Shown: piece after piece, positions 1-14,100 of the stretch
How the letters are laid out: the number at the start of each line of letters is the position of its first letter
How positions within the stretch are numbered: position 1 is the first letter of the stretch
Source of the DNA: Trichosphaerium sp. ATCC 40318
Taxonomy: Eukaryota; Protista; Tubulinea
Assembly: GCA_038496445.1 (NCBI GenBank)
Contig: JALMLS010000242.1
Coordinates: 1 to 64,000, forward strand
DNA: 64,000 nucleotides
Direction: 5' to 3'
Notes under the pieces: model-generated
What the model was told of the DNA's origin: nothing
Database searches by the model: none
What the model saw: the letters and a program-made list of their open reading frames with translations, nothing else
Program-made: the position numbers and the translations under genes

Positions 1-36
1 TTATTCGTAATAAACACAGATCAAAAACAAACTAAC

Positions 37-1944
37 ATGGCTAAAGATACTACCAATAAGTACGTTATACATAGAAAACCACATTTAAAGGGTGTTTTAT
101 AGAATTAACAAAAACAAACAAGCGAATCGCTCTAACTCAGGTACGATTTATTTTCAGCCCTTGTGTTCTACTTTTTTAGCGTTTTTTACCATTTTCGAGT
201 TTAAAAGCTGGTTTGATGGCTTCAAGCACCGTTACATCAGTTTTTTGATTGTATGCCTTATGCTATCTGTGATTGTTTTTATGGCTATACCAGTATTTGA
301 AACTGTCACGTGACTTGGTTTTTCGTAGATCGAAAGAATGACAAAATAATTTACTTCGATTCATTGTTTCCACTTGAGATTTGGGATATTATTGTTAGTT
401 ATCTACCTAAATGCTCTTCAAGTCATTTATCTATGACTTGGGTTTGTAAAACGTTCTTTCAAATGTTTAGTAGTAGAGCACCTGCTGAAGGTACAAGAGA
501 AAGAAAACTAAAATGCTGTTTGTGGTTGATTAGTTTGTTTTTCTTTAGGATGTTACAACATGAGTTTCTACAACTGGAAGTACACTGCCTCTTTAACAAT
601 TATACAAAAAGGTACCCAAGGGAATAAGTTAAAGGGTTTCGGATGATTAATAGCTTTTAGAAAAGTTAGTGGATGTCAAGATGTCACCGAAACTATACTT
701 AAAAAATATTATGCGAAAAGTAATTAAGAAGAAAAAACGTCCAACTCCTGCTTTGGATGTGCTAAAACAACCTGAACAACCAAAAATAAGCAATGTGACT
801 TTTGATTTTCAAGTGATTGTTGTTGGCAATAGAGGGATAGGTTCGTGTACTACAAAAAGACTTAACAAGATCATAAATGTGATAGGAATATCTACTTTTA
901 TCAACAAGTTCACTGGAGATGCTGAACGAATTCCTGCTAATTATATCGGTGACTTTGAGATAGTAAGTATTAATGAAATCAACAGCTTCATATTTTCATC
1001 GACACTAACATTAGTTCTAGGCACTAAAGACAATACAATATAAAGACAATAACTTTGCATTTTTTATGGTGCACTCATCTCTTTTTTTTTACTTTTTTAT
1101 GAGTCCTGTCATTTCTTGTTTTAAACCTTTTGGGCAGGCCCCTTAACATAAACATAAAAGTAGTCTATTGTTGCGAAGAATTAACCTTTACATTTTCAAA
1201 GTATATTACTCCATACTAGACACGTGATTGTTGCAATTTAAATAAGTTGTACAAGTTAGTTTATTAGTTTTTGTAGCATGATTTTGTTGGAGGATACAAG
1301 GAATTTAGACCACCTAGAAGCTATACAAACGCAGACATACTATTAATATGTGAAGATCCAACTGATGGAGGATATTGTACGTAGTATTTTGTGTTTTCCA
1401 CCACGTGGCAAAAGTTTCTTAACTAATACTAGTAAAAAATATCCCAAATTGGATTAATGAAATACAGAGATATGGTAAGGAGGATTATATGATTATGTTA
1501 GTATGTTTAAAGTCTGATTTGCCAGTTGTAAATAGCATTAGGCCAAAACTAAAGGTAAGGACGTCACTTTGACTTCCTCTTTTTTTTACTTTTTTGTACT
1601 TCAATGCTCAAAGAAATTGGTCTTTACTACCTCTTACATTTACAACACATGAGGTCATTGTGTTTTTACAAATACAACCACGTTCCGTGTTGTAGGATAC
1701 TTTCTCAACATTAATCTCTCTTTTCTTATGATTCCGTTCAAGTGAAGCTTACTGGTTTTTTTATAGGACGCTTGTGAAAAATATAATTTGTGCTGTATAG
1801 AAGTCAGTGGATTAACAGGAAAGAACATTGACAAGTTATTCAATTACATAGCGAGGCAGTACTTAAATAAGCAGATTATGGGAAACGATGAGGACAACCA
1901 CATAGATGGTTTTGATAGTCACTTGTTTCGATGCGAGTATTGAA
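37..1944 (+). CDS. Multi-exon F-box + Ras/Rab-like small GTPase fusion protein (degenerate P-loop)
   Basis: F-box motif FDSLFPLEIWDIIVSYL...MTWVCKTF (~355-470). GTPase exons follow: DFQVIVVGNRGIG|ISTFINKF, NWINEIQRY...IMLVCLKSDL (G4-like), CIEVSGLTGKNIDKLFNYIA (G5). Stop TGA at ~1944. GT-AG introns between exons. Confidence 0.75.
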
Positions 1945-2872
1945 AATAAACGATAGTAAACAAATTTTAACTTATGGACTGTATATGTGTTACTTCACTT
2001 TTGTATGCTATTCTAAAGCAGTAAAGCGAATTAAGCGCATAGTACTTAAACACTTGTGAACATGCTCATGACGCTACCCAAAATTATGGGCCTTAAATGT
2101 ACTTGATAAACAAAACATTCATTCATGCTCATGTGCATTGATGTGATATGTTTGTGAATACCTTCCAAATCAGAAACCTGGCAACGCTAAGGCATGTCAA
2201 GGATCCATTCTTCAAGTGTGCCCAACATGCTTCACAAAGTGTCAAATAACATTCCCTAGGTGTTGTCTTCCATTGGTTCTATGTCAGTTGTCATGTACAT
2301 TAACCTTATCTAACGTTAGATAAGCAAGTACAAGTTAACAACACCTAGGACAAGTACAACAATGTTTGACGTTAAAGTTAGTGATAGACACTACTTTTAA
2401 TAAGTAGTCTGCTACTCAGTGCTCAAGAAACAAATTGGTTGTAATGAAAGTTTTGCCACAATTGCAACAAGTTCTTCTGGGTTCTCTTTAAAGAATGTGA
2501 GTGCTTGGTCTATTGGTACACCGGAGAAACTCATGATTTATGCAAGAGGGGGGTTATGTGGTAATTTACTGTGAAGAGGACTATGAATACGTATGTCTAA
2601 CCATTAACTACCAACTTAATAAAATTTGTTAAGAGATGATCCAGAATGCAAGCTGGTGTCTATTTGTCTCTCAATTAATAATTGCCAAAAAAAAGGGTAA
2701 TAGATTTATTGTTTTTAAATGTGTGATGTTATTGAATTATTTTGTACATAAGCGTTTGGTGTAGGTAGCAATCTTTCATAAAGAGAAAAAAATTTTTTGA
2801 TAAATGTTGGGTTAATTTTGGGAATCATAGTCTCCTTCACGTGGTTTTTTTGGGTTTTAATGGTGAAGACCA

Positions 2873-5233
2873 TCACTCATCAAATTCATGGTTTTTTCCA
2901 GGTAGAGATTGTGTTACTGAAGCAAGGTAACATCCGGAAGATGCTGATCTTATAAGTTGTCGTCTTCTTGCACGATTACGCCTCTCAGTCTGTTTCAAAA
3001 TATCTGAAAGTGCAACATAGATAAAGTTATACTGATCTTTGTTTTGCACCATACCTGTTTTGAAAAAAACACAATCAATATCAAACACATAAAAAACAAC
3101 CAAGCACATAATGTAAAAAAAACACAAAAAGAGAAAAAAAGACAACCACCCACAGCAACAAAGAATCAAAGAAAAAAAAAAAATTTTGTATTTTTTTTTC
3201 AATGTGAGAAAAACAAAGCAGGTGTAAAGGACTAAGTTAAACGTACCAACACGTTGACTTCGTAGATGTAGCACAGTATCTTTAACGTCTATTTTGGCAC
3301 CTCTTTGGGCTTCATGTACAAGCATGTGTATAGCTACAAATGTACCAGTACGTCCAATCCCAGCGCTGCAATGACAAACAACAGGTCTCTTTTGTTCACG
3401 TCGGATATCCAACTCACGTATTAGACTATAAATAACATTTGTATCAGTAGGTACGCCAAAATCTATATAACACAGTTAAACAAAGAGTAACAGTTTAAAA
3501 CAACAAGACACCCAACACACGTGCATGCAGATAGTTCACTGAAAGGTAACTTTCAAAAAGCCATTTTTAGTAATTTTTTTTGTTACTCGATTGAATACTG
3601 CACGTGTTTTTTTCAAGTAGTTGGATAATAGAAAAAAAAAAATGAGATTTCGGGTTTATGTACCTGGCCACCCTACAAATTGAATTTGTGTAGCTTCATG
3701 TGCGGTAATAGGGACGGTTTCAGTCAGTTTAAACTAAGAAAAAAAAAGATTTAGATTCATGAACCGTTAATAAAATACCCACTACTCAAACATAGTTACG
3801 CGCTAAAAAATATAAAATTGCACTACGCGAGGACATGGCTAGAATTCCACAACCTCCCAGAAAGCCGTTTCATTGAATGTTTAAAAAATTAAACTAGCGT
3901 GATCAAAAACAAATATAATCGTGTACCTCTTCGTCTTCAGATTCGCTACTAGAAAGTGCGTCTTCTGAAAACGCACTAAGATCCTCTTGATAATAAATGA
4001 GGAATTTCCTTACAATGATCAAATCACCACGCTTCTTTACGCTTGTACATTGAACTCTCATTTTACCATAGGTTTGTGTTTTACCTTCTTCAGGCCAATA
4101 AACATGTGCCTAAAAAAACAAGTAAATTACATCATACTACGCGAGCAAGTAGCCAAAAGGATTAGAAAAAATCTGTTTGTTATATACCTTTACGCGGTTA
4201 CCACGCTCAACTGTTTTAGTTAACATAAGAATCACCGAAGCATTTTGTTCCCATACCTATTCAACTACTCAGAAAAATCACTACGCGCTTTACACGCTCC
4301 AAAAGAAACAAAAAACGCGCCACAACTGGTAGAAGCCACTTATTGGTCTGGTAACCAGTGTTGCAATTAAATAAAATACTAACTCACCATGCGCCAGAAA
4401 TCACCAAATGTCTTAGGTAATGGAGCTTGACAGCATATGTAGCATTGATCTTCTACACCAAGTTTACTTGCTTTACCCTTTACGTGACTTGCATTTATGT
4501 ACTCGGAGCCTTTATGCCCATCATTCTTTAGTTTAACCTACGAAATAGAACTGTCAGACGGAGAAAAACAGTATGACGACACTGCAACCCGATAAGTTCA
4601 AAAAAAAAATTGGGTAGGGAGTTTTATCGATAAAAACGTAAAATACTATTGCGTCAATGCAGTGGTAAGTATCAAAACTGCAAAAACTATCTTTTTTTTT
4701 GAGCATTCAGCAAAAAAGTGGGTTCTGCTGATTGTCTTGTGGATGGAATCAAGGCGTTTAAAAGGGTCGTACAGCTGTTTTTTCAAAGGGGATAACGTTG
4801 CCGTATCTATTTGTTCGTTAATACGGCCAATCAAGTAAGTCTTGAATGCAATGAAAATGGAGGTGGATATTACCTGTTTTTACTCTTATTAGGGGATTTC
4901 AAAGCGTCTTCAGCGAAATCCTTCCTTTCGCAATATTATAAGCTGTATACGTATAGAAATGATTGTTTGGGGTGTTGACAATACTTTTTGATCATTTTCA
5001 AAGGCAGACGTATTGGCCAATACGACTACGAAGAGGAAACGGACAATTGCCAAAAATGAAGCTAAATAATACTCTATCGTACTCGATGTGTCGCTTGCGA
5101 ACTTCTCTAAACTCTGAATAGATCTTTTTCATGTCTTGCTCGCTCAAAGTAACCATATTTTCGTCCTTTCTCATCTTCTTGGCGTGTTGCTTCGCGACGG
5201 TAATACCACCGCATGATTGAGCGAGTTCTCCAT
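2873..5233 (-). CDS. Classical protein tyrosine phosphatase (multi-exon)
   Basis: Signature VCHCSAGIGRTG, KNR|YGNV, YINAS, YICCQAPLPKTFGDFWRM, GWP|DFGVP (WPD loop), MVQNKDQY (Q loop). The 5' end is uncertain (5156-5233). Confidence 0.92.
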
Positions 5234-5498
5234 GTGCTATTTGATTACGTTATAATTTTTTACTACAAAGCAGTTATTTGTAATGCGTACTATTCAGGGA
5301 CACCGAGCGAGTTGCTATTGACATGTTTTAACTACTTGTTTACTAAATATAGGCAGTCTACGAAAGTCTTACTCTTTTTTTTTTTTTTTTTGATCATCTT
5401 TTTGCCATTCTGCTTTGACAGCTAGACTATTCTACAAAAGCGGTTAATTTGATTACCAACTACATAACGATATAGTTTTGAACTGAAATACATATAAC

Positions 5499-7915
5499 AT
5501 GGCAGCAGAAGGTTTATTGGCAAGCCTTGGTGTCGCTGGGATGGCAGGTACACGCTAACGATATCTTGTGAGTTTAGTATCCTCAATTACAGTAGGAAAT
5601 CCCCTATTTGGTGCTGGTGCTGGTTTACTTGTACTTGGCTTCGGTCTAACTACTCTTGGTCGCGTATGTCAAGTATAATTATTTGTTACGCCTAAACAAT
5701 GCGTAGGCGTCTAGAGTTGGCGTTCAGCTGGCCAAACGCAGGTTTTTTGTGTCTCTTGAAGTACGTTTTATTTATCTTATCTAAACCGCTTCAAAATGAA
5801 TGCATTGAAGTCACAACTGGATTTATGAGCGTCGTAGGTAACTAGAAAGGACCCAGCTTACCCATGGGTTCTAAAGTGGATGGCAAAGAACAATACGCAT
5901 AGTAGACACTTGAGTCTAACCACCACGTAATCGTCAACTCAATCAAATACAAAAAGCAGCGAACCATTTTCTCTAAAACGAGTTTAACGGTCATATTTGT
6001 TTTTATTTTTCGCCTTTTTTGTTCGAAATTTTTTAGTACTGACGTGTTTTTATTTTAGTGTTAAAACGCTCAACAATGGTACTGTACGTTTAAAGTTATG
6101 AGATTTCGATATAAAAAAATATCTCGTTTTTATGTACAGGAGTATTAATTGGGTGTAGCAATTGGCTAAGTATGATTTTTTTCCAAATGTCGGAAGACAT
6201 TTTTTCCAGTTCAACAACACGTGGCTACAAGTAGAGAGGCTAAGAGAATCAGGATCAGTAGATAGGGAAGGACATGCATGGGAAACTGTGAAAATAACAA
6301 CATTTGGTACGAGTGACAGGCAACAACAAAATCCGTGATGTTTGATTTTTTTCTAACTTCCCAAAAGCTTCACAGAAGGATACAATCTTTGAGTTACTAG
6401 ACTTATCAAGGAAGGCAGCTGTTCGAGAATTACAAGGTAAAATGATTGTTTATCAAGCAAGAGGACCTGAGTGGTTTGAATTTGGTAACCCAAGAAAGTA
6501 AGCCATGAAGCGCTTAAAAATATTTTTAATTTGGTTTTTTTAGTAAGAGACCTTTTAAGTCAGTTCTCTTAAAGGACGATGATGCAAACGAACTAAAAGA
6601 GGATGTTGAAGCGTTTTTGCAAAAATCTGAAAAATATCATGCTAGGGGAACCCCATACAGAAGAGGTTACTTACTGTATGGTCCACCTGGATGCGGAAAA
6701 ACAAGTATGTTTTTTTTTATTGGTCAATTCAATGGAGCGCTGACTGATTTTCTCTTAGGTTTCATACAGGCACTTGCTGGAGAACTTAATCATAATATTT
6801 GCATTATGAACCTTGCTGATCGTACTCTAAGTGATGAGACTCTATGTTTGCTTCTTTCTACAGCACCAGAGAGGAGTATTATTTTATTGTACAAATTTTT
6901 TCTTTTGTGCTTTTCTTTTTGAGTGAGTCTGCTTGTCCTCGCAACTGACTGCCTGTGACAAATGATCAACCTGAAAGACCATTTAAAATGGTGTTATTGT
7001 CAATGACAGTATACACATTATGAGATCTGACACTCAGTCAAAAACTACTTTATTTGGATTTATTCTCATTTTTTTCTTAAAGGGAAGATATTGATGCTGC
7101 ATTTGCAAGTCGTGATGTTGCCAGAAAAATTGATGATGGTCCTCACGCACGCTTCTTAAACTTTGTCACTCTTTCAGGCCTTCTAAATGCATTGGATGGA
7201 GTTCCAGCAACAGAAGGTCGTATTGTATTTATGACAACAAATTACCCAGAGGTACAACTCCACAATCATCTCGCACAGCGCAAGCACTATTATTTTATAC
7301 ATTAAAATTAAAAAGTACACATGGGGTTGCAGTTGAATAACTGCACTTGACATGGAGTGTTGTCTTTCTTTCTTTCTGAGAGAAAACGTGTTTCAACTCC
7401 AGTTTTTTTTTCAACGAAATTTATGCCTTGTACGATATTTGATACTGATGTATTATTGTTTAGCGGTTAGATCCAGCTCTTGTACGTCCTGGACGTGTAG
7501 ACAAGAAGAAAAAGCTTGGATTAGCTATGAACTCACAAATTTCAAACTTGACTCGTCGATTTTATCCAGATGCAACTGATGACCAAGTACAGGCATTTGT
7601 TGATAAGGTATGACAGCCCTCTATGATATTTAGTTCTTTTACAATATTTATTTCAATTTTTGGTTTATAAACACGTGATTTAGAGACGTTTTGAGAATTT
7701 TTCTGCTTTTTTTCCGTTTTTTTGATGTTTTTTGATGTTAGGTTCCTGAAGACACAATGAGCCTTGCTCATCTTCAAGGTTATTTCTTGACTCACGAAGA
7801 TGACTTGAAAAAAGCTACAGATGCTTTTGATGATTACTTTAAGAGTGAATTCAAAAATGATCAAAAAGTAGCACAGGATCAACAAGAAAGTGTTCAAAAC
7901 AATATTTACAAATAA
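5499..7915 (+). CDS. BCS1: Mitochondrial AAA chaperone BCS1
   Basis: N-terminal [12 protein letters not shown] segment, [31 protein letters not shown] (Walker A), EDIDAAF (Walker B), [19 protein letters not shown]|[13 protein letters not shown]. Confidence 0.95.
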
Positions 7916-8274
7916 TATTTTTTTCGAACAATACTCTTGGCTACTACCCTCCTTCCTTGTTTGGTAAACAGTTCAATACTGTATACATATGCCTGAGCAC
8001 ACCACAAAGTAAAAGAGCCATTCAACATATATACCCCTTTGGTATACATACATGCATGTTATTTATTGTAGAACAACAAGCAACAGTTTGCTAAAATAAA
8101 ATCTTGTTTTATTGAACCTTTGCTCATAGCACCTATAGTTATCACAATTATTAAAACCTATTACCTACTTTTAAAACTAAACTTTTTGTAGTGGTAACTG
8201 TTACTTTATCAATGGTACGTGTACCGCCACCAACAGTATTGATCGGCAAGAAATGTTGTATCATTCAGATCTTC

Positions 8275-10097
8275 GTAATTGTATAAGAACGCAGAATGTA
8301 CACCCCTAGAGCCAGCGCATACTATAGAACAAGGTGGTGTCATTAACTTAGGTGTATTCGCTACAATAAAAATAGTATAGTTCGTTAGAAGCTTTAGGAC
8401 AATAAAGAAACTACGATCTAAAAGATAATTTGTTTATTCTGACAAATATTGTCTTCTCGATTTGTTATCTATTCTAATACCAAGAGCACTGCAATTCTTA
8501 CTTGAGTTCTCCAATTCTAGCAATACAGCCCTTGATAGCATGCGTCCATTCTGCTTCCTTAGGTCCACCAGGTTTCGCAACAGCTTTGTGCCATATTGGC
8601 TTTGCAATGTGCCCATTGTCAGCATAACGGCAGCCAGCAAACTTCGAAACAATGTCACCTTCTGTCAAATGCACTTCATATCTTATCACGCCAGCATACT
8701 TTTTGCTTTCACCGCACAGATTAAACAGATTGAACCAAGAATACACTCCAGGTGAATTAAATGAAGCGCCAGGGAGTGGTATTTCAGAAGCTACCATTTC
8801 AGCAAGAGCTCCGCCAAGTGAGTGACCTTAAGGAAAACCAAAGTTAGTTTTTTTTTTGTTTCCAATTTCACTCTTGTTGTTTTTGTGTACCTGTAATAAA
8901 GTCAGGTTTCATGTCAGATTTCTTTGCTATGTCCACTGCACATGTTTTAGCCTTGCTGATTGTAGGTCCTGAGTAAATCAAAGAGAAATCTTGTACAACA
9001 CCTACAAAGTATTTGAGTACATCAATTTCTTAACCAAAAATCAGAAAAAAACTCACCAAATAGCGAATCCGTTCCTCTGAGTGCAAGTATCCTCTTGTTC
9101 TTGTACTTGCCCTTTAGAACCAAGTACAATCCATATTGAATAAAGTTACCACTTGTAAAATACTCAGTCTGTTTTTTTAGGTTCCTCAAATGATCCTTAA
9201 ACTTGCCCTCCTCTTTGAAGTCGTATACGTCTTGTGAACATGCCAGCAATAATTGTCTAATATTGTCATCTTCCAAAGGAAGTGTGAATTTAGCAGGATG
9301 CTTGTCTTTAGGTTCTTTTTTGAGGATATCTTTCAAGCTTGGTGCTTTCTTGTCGGGGTTTATCCACTCCTTTAGATTTGCTTTCTCTCCGCTGTCCTTC
9401 TTTGTTGGTTTAGACTTTGGGTCATTCTTCTTAGGTGCTTTAGACATTTGGTTTTTTAGTTGTTGTTGTTCTAGTGGTTGTGATGTTTGTGATGATTGAG
9501 ATTTATACTTGCTTGATGAATTGTTGTTTTTTCCCGGTGAACTGCTCACGTGACATTTCACGTGAACAGATAAATCTACCTATGATCGAGTCAGGGTAAA
9601 GCTAACTATATTAATATGTAATTTTTGGGTGGTGTTACCAACTTGAACAATTTTCCCGCAAAAAAAAATAGTTTTCCCGTAGAAATGTTTGTACCCCGTT
9701 TTGGCTAACCAGCTAAAGTAATCCTAAAAAATTATCATTTGTCACCTTTAAATCAAGACCTGTAACGTTTTGACTGTAGCCCTTGTAATAAGACCACGTC
9801 GCTTTTGTATTCTTTAAGTATGTACGCAAAGATAGAAGTACAGTTTGTATTTTTATTTACAGGGGAGTTATTTTCCGTGAGATCGTTAAAATCTCAAAGA
9901 AAATTTCAAGCCCTTCCAAAGTATCTTGCGTTGAGTGTATGGTATTAGTAGCGCAATAGTACATTTTAGAGTATAGGAGACAACTGATGGACATTATAGG
10001 ACGTCAACAGAACTGCTAACAATGTACAAAATAAAATAATGGTTAAAAACACGTGGATTTAGTTGTTCCAGAACTGACAAGATCCGTCAGATCTTGA
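8275..10097. repeat. Left arm of a ~1.7-1.8 kb inverted duplication (partner 23845-25531)
   Basis: Reverse complement aligns by eye with 23845-25531 across the lipase gene, its introns and both flanks. About 150 bp (~9690-9830) is present only in this arm. Confidence 0.93.
8498..9447 (-). CDS. Class-3 lipase-like alpha/beta hydrolase, copy 1
   Basis: LALRGT oxyanion motif; nucleophile elbow TG|HSLGGALAEM; ASFNSPG; GDIVS (candidate Asp); C-terminal His. Two short introns. Confidence 0.8.
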
Positions 10098-10369
10098 CTA
10101 AACACTAAACCAAAAGTCACAAACAGCAAAAAGTAGCAAAGTTTTGCAAACTTGAATGATACGGACAATAAAGATACAAACATAGATTGCTTTTGTATAT
10201 TTCACAAAACGTCCCAATGTCAGGTGACCAATAATCGCACCACGCATACCTACGCACATGTACCAATCGCCAAAGTCTTAACGGCAACTTTAAGTATTAC
10301 AAATTGAAGAATAGCAGCCTGAAGACGTGAGCTGCTAAATCATAATAGGACACTAGGTCTCAGTGTTGG

Positions 10370-10585
10370 TGGTAAAAAAGAAGGACATGTCACAAGTTTT
10401 TACAAAGGTGTCAAGTATGGTACACTTGTAACTATGTAAATGACGATATAGAAGGAGAGTATAAATAGTTGTGGGAGGATGGTGCAGTCTTATAGGTGTA
10501 TTTATGCCAATGGTATACTTCATGGAGTGTACAACTGGTCTGGCAATGGTGAATTAACCGAAGAATACCACTATACCAATGAGCG
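10370..10585 (+). pseudogene. Degraded MORN-variant repeat remnant
   Basis: Translates piecewise to TCNYVNDDIEGEYK*LWEDG and RCIYANGILHGVYNWSGNGELTEEYHYTN, with a stop and frameshifts. Confidence 0.5.
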
Positions 10586-10892
10586 CGTTCTTTAGTTTGA
10601 TATGTACGCGCAAGTAATTCGCTTTGTCAGAGCTCCGGGTGAAAATAGTGGCGTAGTAGAACGTAAATGACACCACACTAGGATGAAAAAAATACCGCTA
10701 GATCCGGTTCTTTTTTTTTCCTCAATTATCACGTGATACTTATCGCGTAATTTTTGAGCGCGTGAGTATTTATTGAAGATTCCATGGTTTTTATTATTCT
10801 AATCGAGTGATAACCTAAAATAAATCACGTGTACACCAAAAAAAAAAAATGACTTATCGAACTTTGTTATTCTCTTTTGTGGCAACGAAACC

Positions 10893-12905
10893 ATGATTCT
10901 TTGGCTTTGTGTTATTCTGTGCGTAATGTCATGTACAGCTACGCAAATATCGTCTTGTAAGTGGCATAATAAAGTCTACTACCTACACGATTCTACAAAT
11001 AATACGAATACTTCATGCGCAGCAGGTAAGCATCGAATGGGGATCACAAGGGACAAAAAAATAAAATCAAAAACAATTTCATTTTCGACCCAAACCATTT
11101 CGCGTTTTTGTATCTTGTTAATAGTATCCAGGCTCGCATCCTTTGGTCATTGATTCAATTATGGAAGCTTCTGTTATTTCGCTATTCAAGGTACCATCGG
11201 GTTTTTTTCGTTTACCACGTGCCTAAGACAATACGAAGGACATTAAAGTGATGTTAACAAGAAAGAACTCAAAATTTTATTGGTCTGATGGCTCAAGCGT
11301 TTCTCCAACTCTATTCAAGGGAAATTTTGGAGTAAATAGTAAATCAGGTATTGGTGGTTGCGCTACTTTCAAAGGAGGGGTACGTACAGTGTGGGTACAC
11401 AAAATAAACCTAATAGATCTTTCACTTTTTTTTTTTGTAACTTTTTTTTCTAAAAGGCACTCGTTCCTGGATGTGCTCCAAATCGCTTTATTTGCGAAGC
11501 AATTCATAACGCAAATATATCAGTAGATAAAGAATGTGTTGTGGTACCTGACGAGGTACCTTGCGATCACGTACTAGCGGGTACATTTTTAGCAGCAAAC
11601 TTGACATTTTTATTTCTGAAAAACAGATCCTTTGCCATTTTCGACTTCAGGCATTTCTTCGTTTTAGATAACATGTCATCTTATTGACTTGCATTATAAT
11701 AGGTCACTGCTACAACGGTATCAAAAAAAGGTTGACTTGGATAGAAGCACAAGGTAAGTTGTATCACAAGTATAGCACTTTTTTTTTAAGTAACGGCTAT
11801 TGTTTCTAGGGCAATGTATGAAACAGGGTGGTTATATCGCTACGATTACAACTGCTGATGAGCAAACTTTTGTCCATAGTGTAAGAAAACAAGAGTTCAA
11901 CAGAGAAGGTGTATGGATAGGGCTTACGAGTGGATTTAGTAGTAATCACTTTGATTTTAAATGGGTACCTTTTCATTAATTATTTATTAACTAACACGTG
12001 ATACTCACTTAGGTTGCAACAAAAGAAAAGAGGGAGTTTGGTAGAACAATAAAGAAATATCCTTGGTCTAGCCGAGAACCAGAAAACAGAAACTTGCCAG
12101 GTTCAGTCAAAGAGAACTGTGTTGTTTTGTGCGTTTTTTTTTCTTTCGCTTTTCTTTTTTCAGAACGAGCACGTGTCACACACGTGCTTTGTTTATTGCA
12201 TTTTCAAGCCGTGTTAGTTCTTCAAAAGCATGTCTTTTAATAGTTGAGTATAGGGGTTCTGTCCAAAGGTGGGCTGATTATCGTTGTGATACTGTCGGAG
12301 CAATAAACGTTATTTGCGAGATTGAAAATGATCCAAGAACAAGAGGTAACAAATAGATTCCTGCTTTTTTCTTATAGTATTAAAAAAAAATTAGAAAACT
12401 TGGAGAGCAACGCTCCAGTAGTGGTTGTCAATTCAAATCTATATGTACCTGGTACGTACCTATAAAATAGCGTGTATTGTATGCTAACTATATTATTTCT
12501 AAAGGAAATATAAGTATCAACGTAGGAAGTGTTTTACAAATTAAAAAAGATACAGCAGTTGTTGATGTTTCAGAATGTTTCACAGGTTCGTTCACCATAG
12601 ACTCGAAGAATATAGAGGTAAATCATATCATTACTTAACAATACAGTTGTAGACTAATTAAATTTATTACTATAAAGTCAACAACAGCGTTAATTGCTCA
12701 ACGAAAGAATTGTGAAGAGATTAGCCCAGAAGTAAACAAAGATTATACTCAATGTGTCAGAAAATCAAGAAAAAACCTAAGAACCTCCTCAATTCTACGT
12801 CTTCAAATCACTAAATGTAGAGAACCTATTAACAATGGAAATATTTTAAAAATAACCTTTGAATCGATAATAACAATGATTGTAGTACTATGGTGTACAC
12901 TGTAA
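10893..12905 (+). CDS. Secreted/surface C-type lectin domain protein (probably two CTLDs, hydrophobic C-terminus)
   Basis: Signal peptide MILWLCVILCVMSCTA; first domain includes FYWSDGS. Second CTLD: TWIEAQGQCMKQGGYIATI, VWIGL, WSSREPE, ENCVV, WADYRC...VICE. Ends with IITMIVVLWCTL*. Confidence 0.85.
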
Positions 12906-12929
12906 ATAATATAAGAAAAAAAACTTTAC

Positions 12930-13600
12930 ATCTTTCAAGCTGGGTATAGGTATGAATCGCTCTATCTCCATTTTGTTGAGCCATCCCATCCGATACATTC
13001 CATTAAAGCATTCTCATATTCAAATGCTTTTAAAATAATGCCTTGCTTTCCTCTTATCTCATAATGAACATCGGGATAGCACTTCAATGCAAGTCCTTCA
13101 ATATCTTTACAAACTTCTGCCAAACCTGATTACCCATATCATCAACAAGAGTGACACTTATTTTGGACATCTAACCGGTTTTATTGTCATTAATCAGGAG
13201 GATGAATTGATTTGGAAAAATGATAAGCAGAAACTCTATCTATTTCCGATTTTCTTGAATTTTGTCTTCCACAATAGATTAAATGTGTTGTTATCTTCCA
13301 GGTACTTGTACATGCAATCTCTATTGATAATGATTAAGTAATCACCCTGACCAATGGCTTGTCTTACATCCTCAACATACACAGAGCGCTTAATACCAAT
13401 TTTTCCCATTAATAACTGTTGTTCGGGTGTCAACTATACATCCAAGCTCAACTTTTCAGCAATATCCAACAGAATTTTGGAACTGTCCGCTTCCATTTTG
13501 GCTCAAAGCCATACTTGATGGCCAAAATCTTCCTTTGCGACAGTGGCCAATATGCATATTGCGCAAGATCAACGCAATATTCAAAACACGTGTCATGAGG
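12930..13600 (-). pseudogene. Degraded coding remnant, family unknown
   Basis: Protein-like stretches switch between frames (ORF 13236-13433; KDIEGLALKCYPDVHYEIRGKQG) with stops. No recognisable motif. Confidence 0.25.
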
Positions 13601-14100
13601 CGTCACCAATAGAAAAGATCTTTCGAATGAATAGTAGTAATGTAAAGGTCAAGTCACAAAGCTACGTTTTAACAGCAAAAAAGGGTTGGTAGCCAACTGA
13701 CATGCCAAGCGCCTTTCGTAGATACAAGAGAAAGCAAAGTACACGTCATCGCTTTAATTGTTTATTTCTCGACACTAGGCCCTTGATAGCATCACGTGTA
13801 ACTTGGTAAAGGTGTCGCAATATGACCATAAGCATATACAGTGAATGGAGTGGTGCACAATCCTGTTTTATATTTTTTTAAACCCTAACTTACACGCTGT
13901 TGCTTGAGGTTTTATGTCCATACTATGGTAGTTATATGGCCCATATTTAAATATAGTGCTGGAATAGCCCGAGATAAGAACGTGGTATCAAGAGCGCTTC
14001 GAGATTTAAGTGAAAAGGAGTTAAGGTCATAACTTTACGTCTACTTAAACCATTCTCAATAACAACCAACAACAACAACTACCACTACTAAATCAACTAA

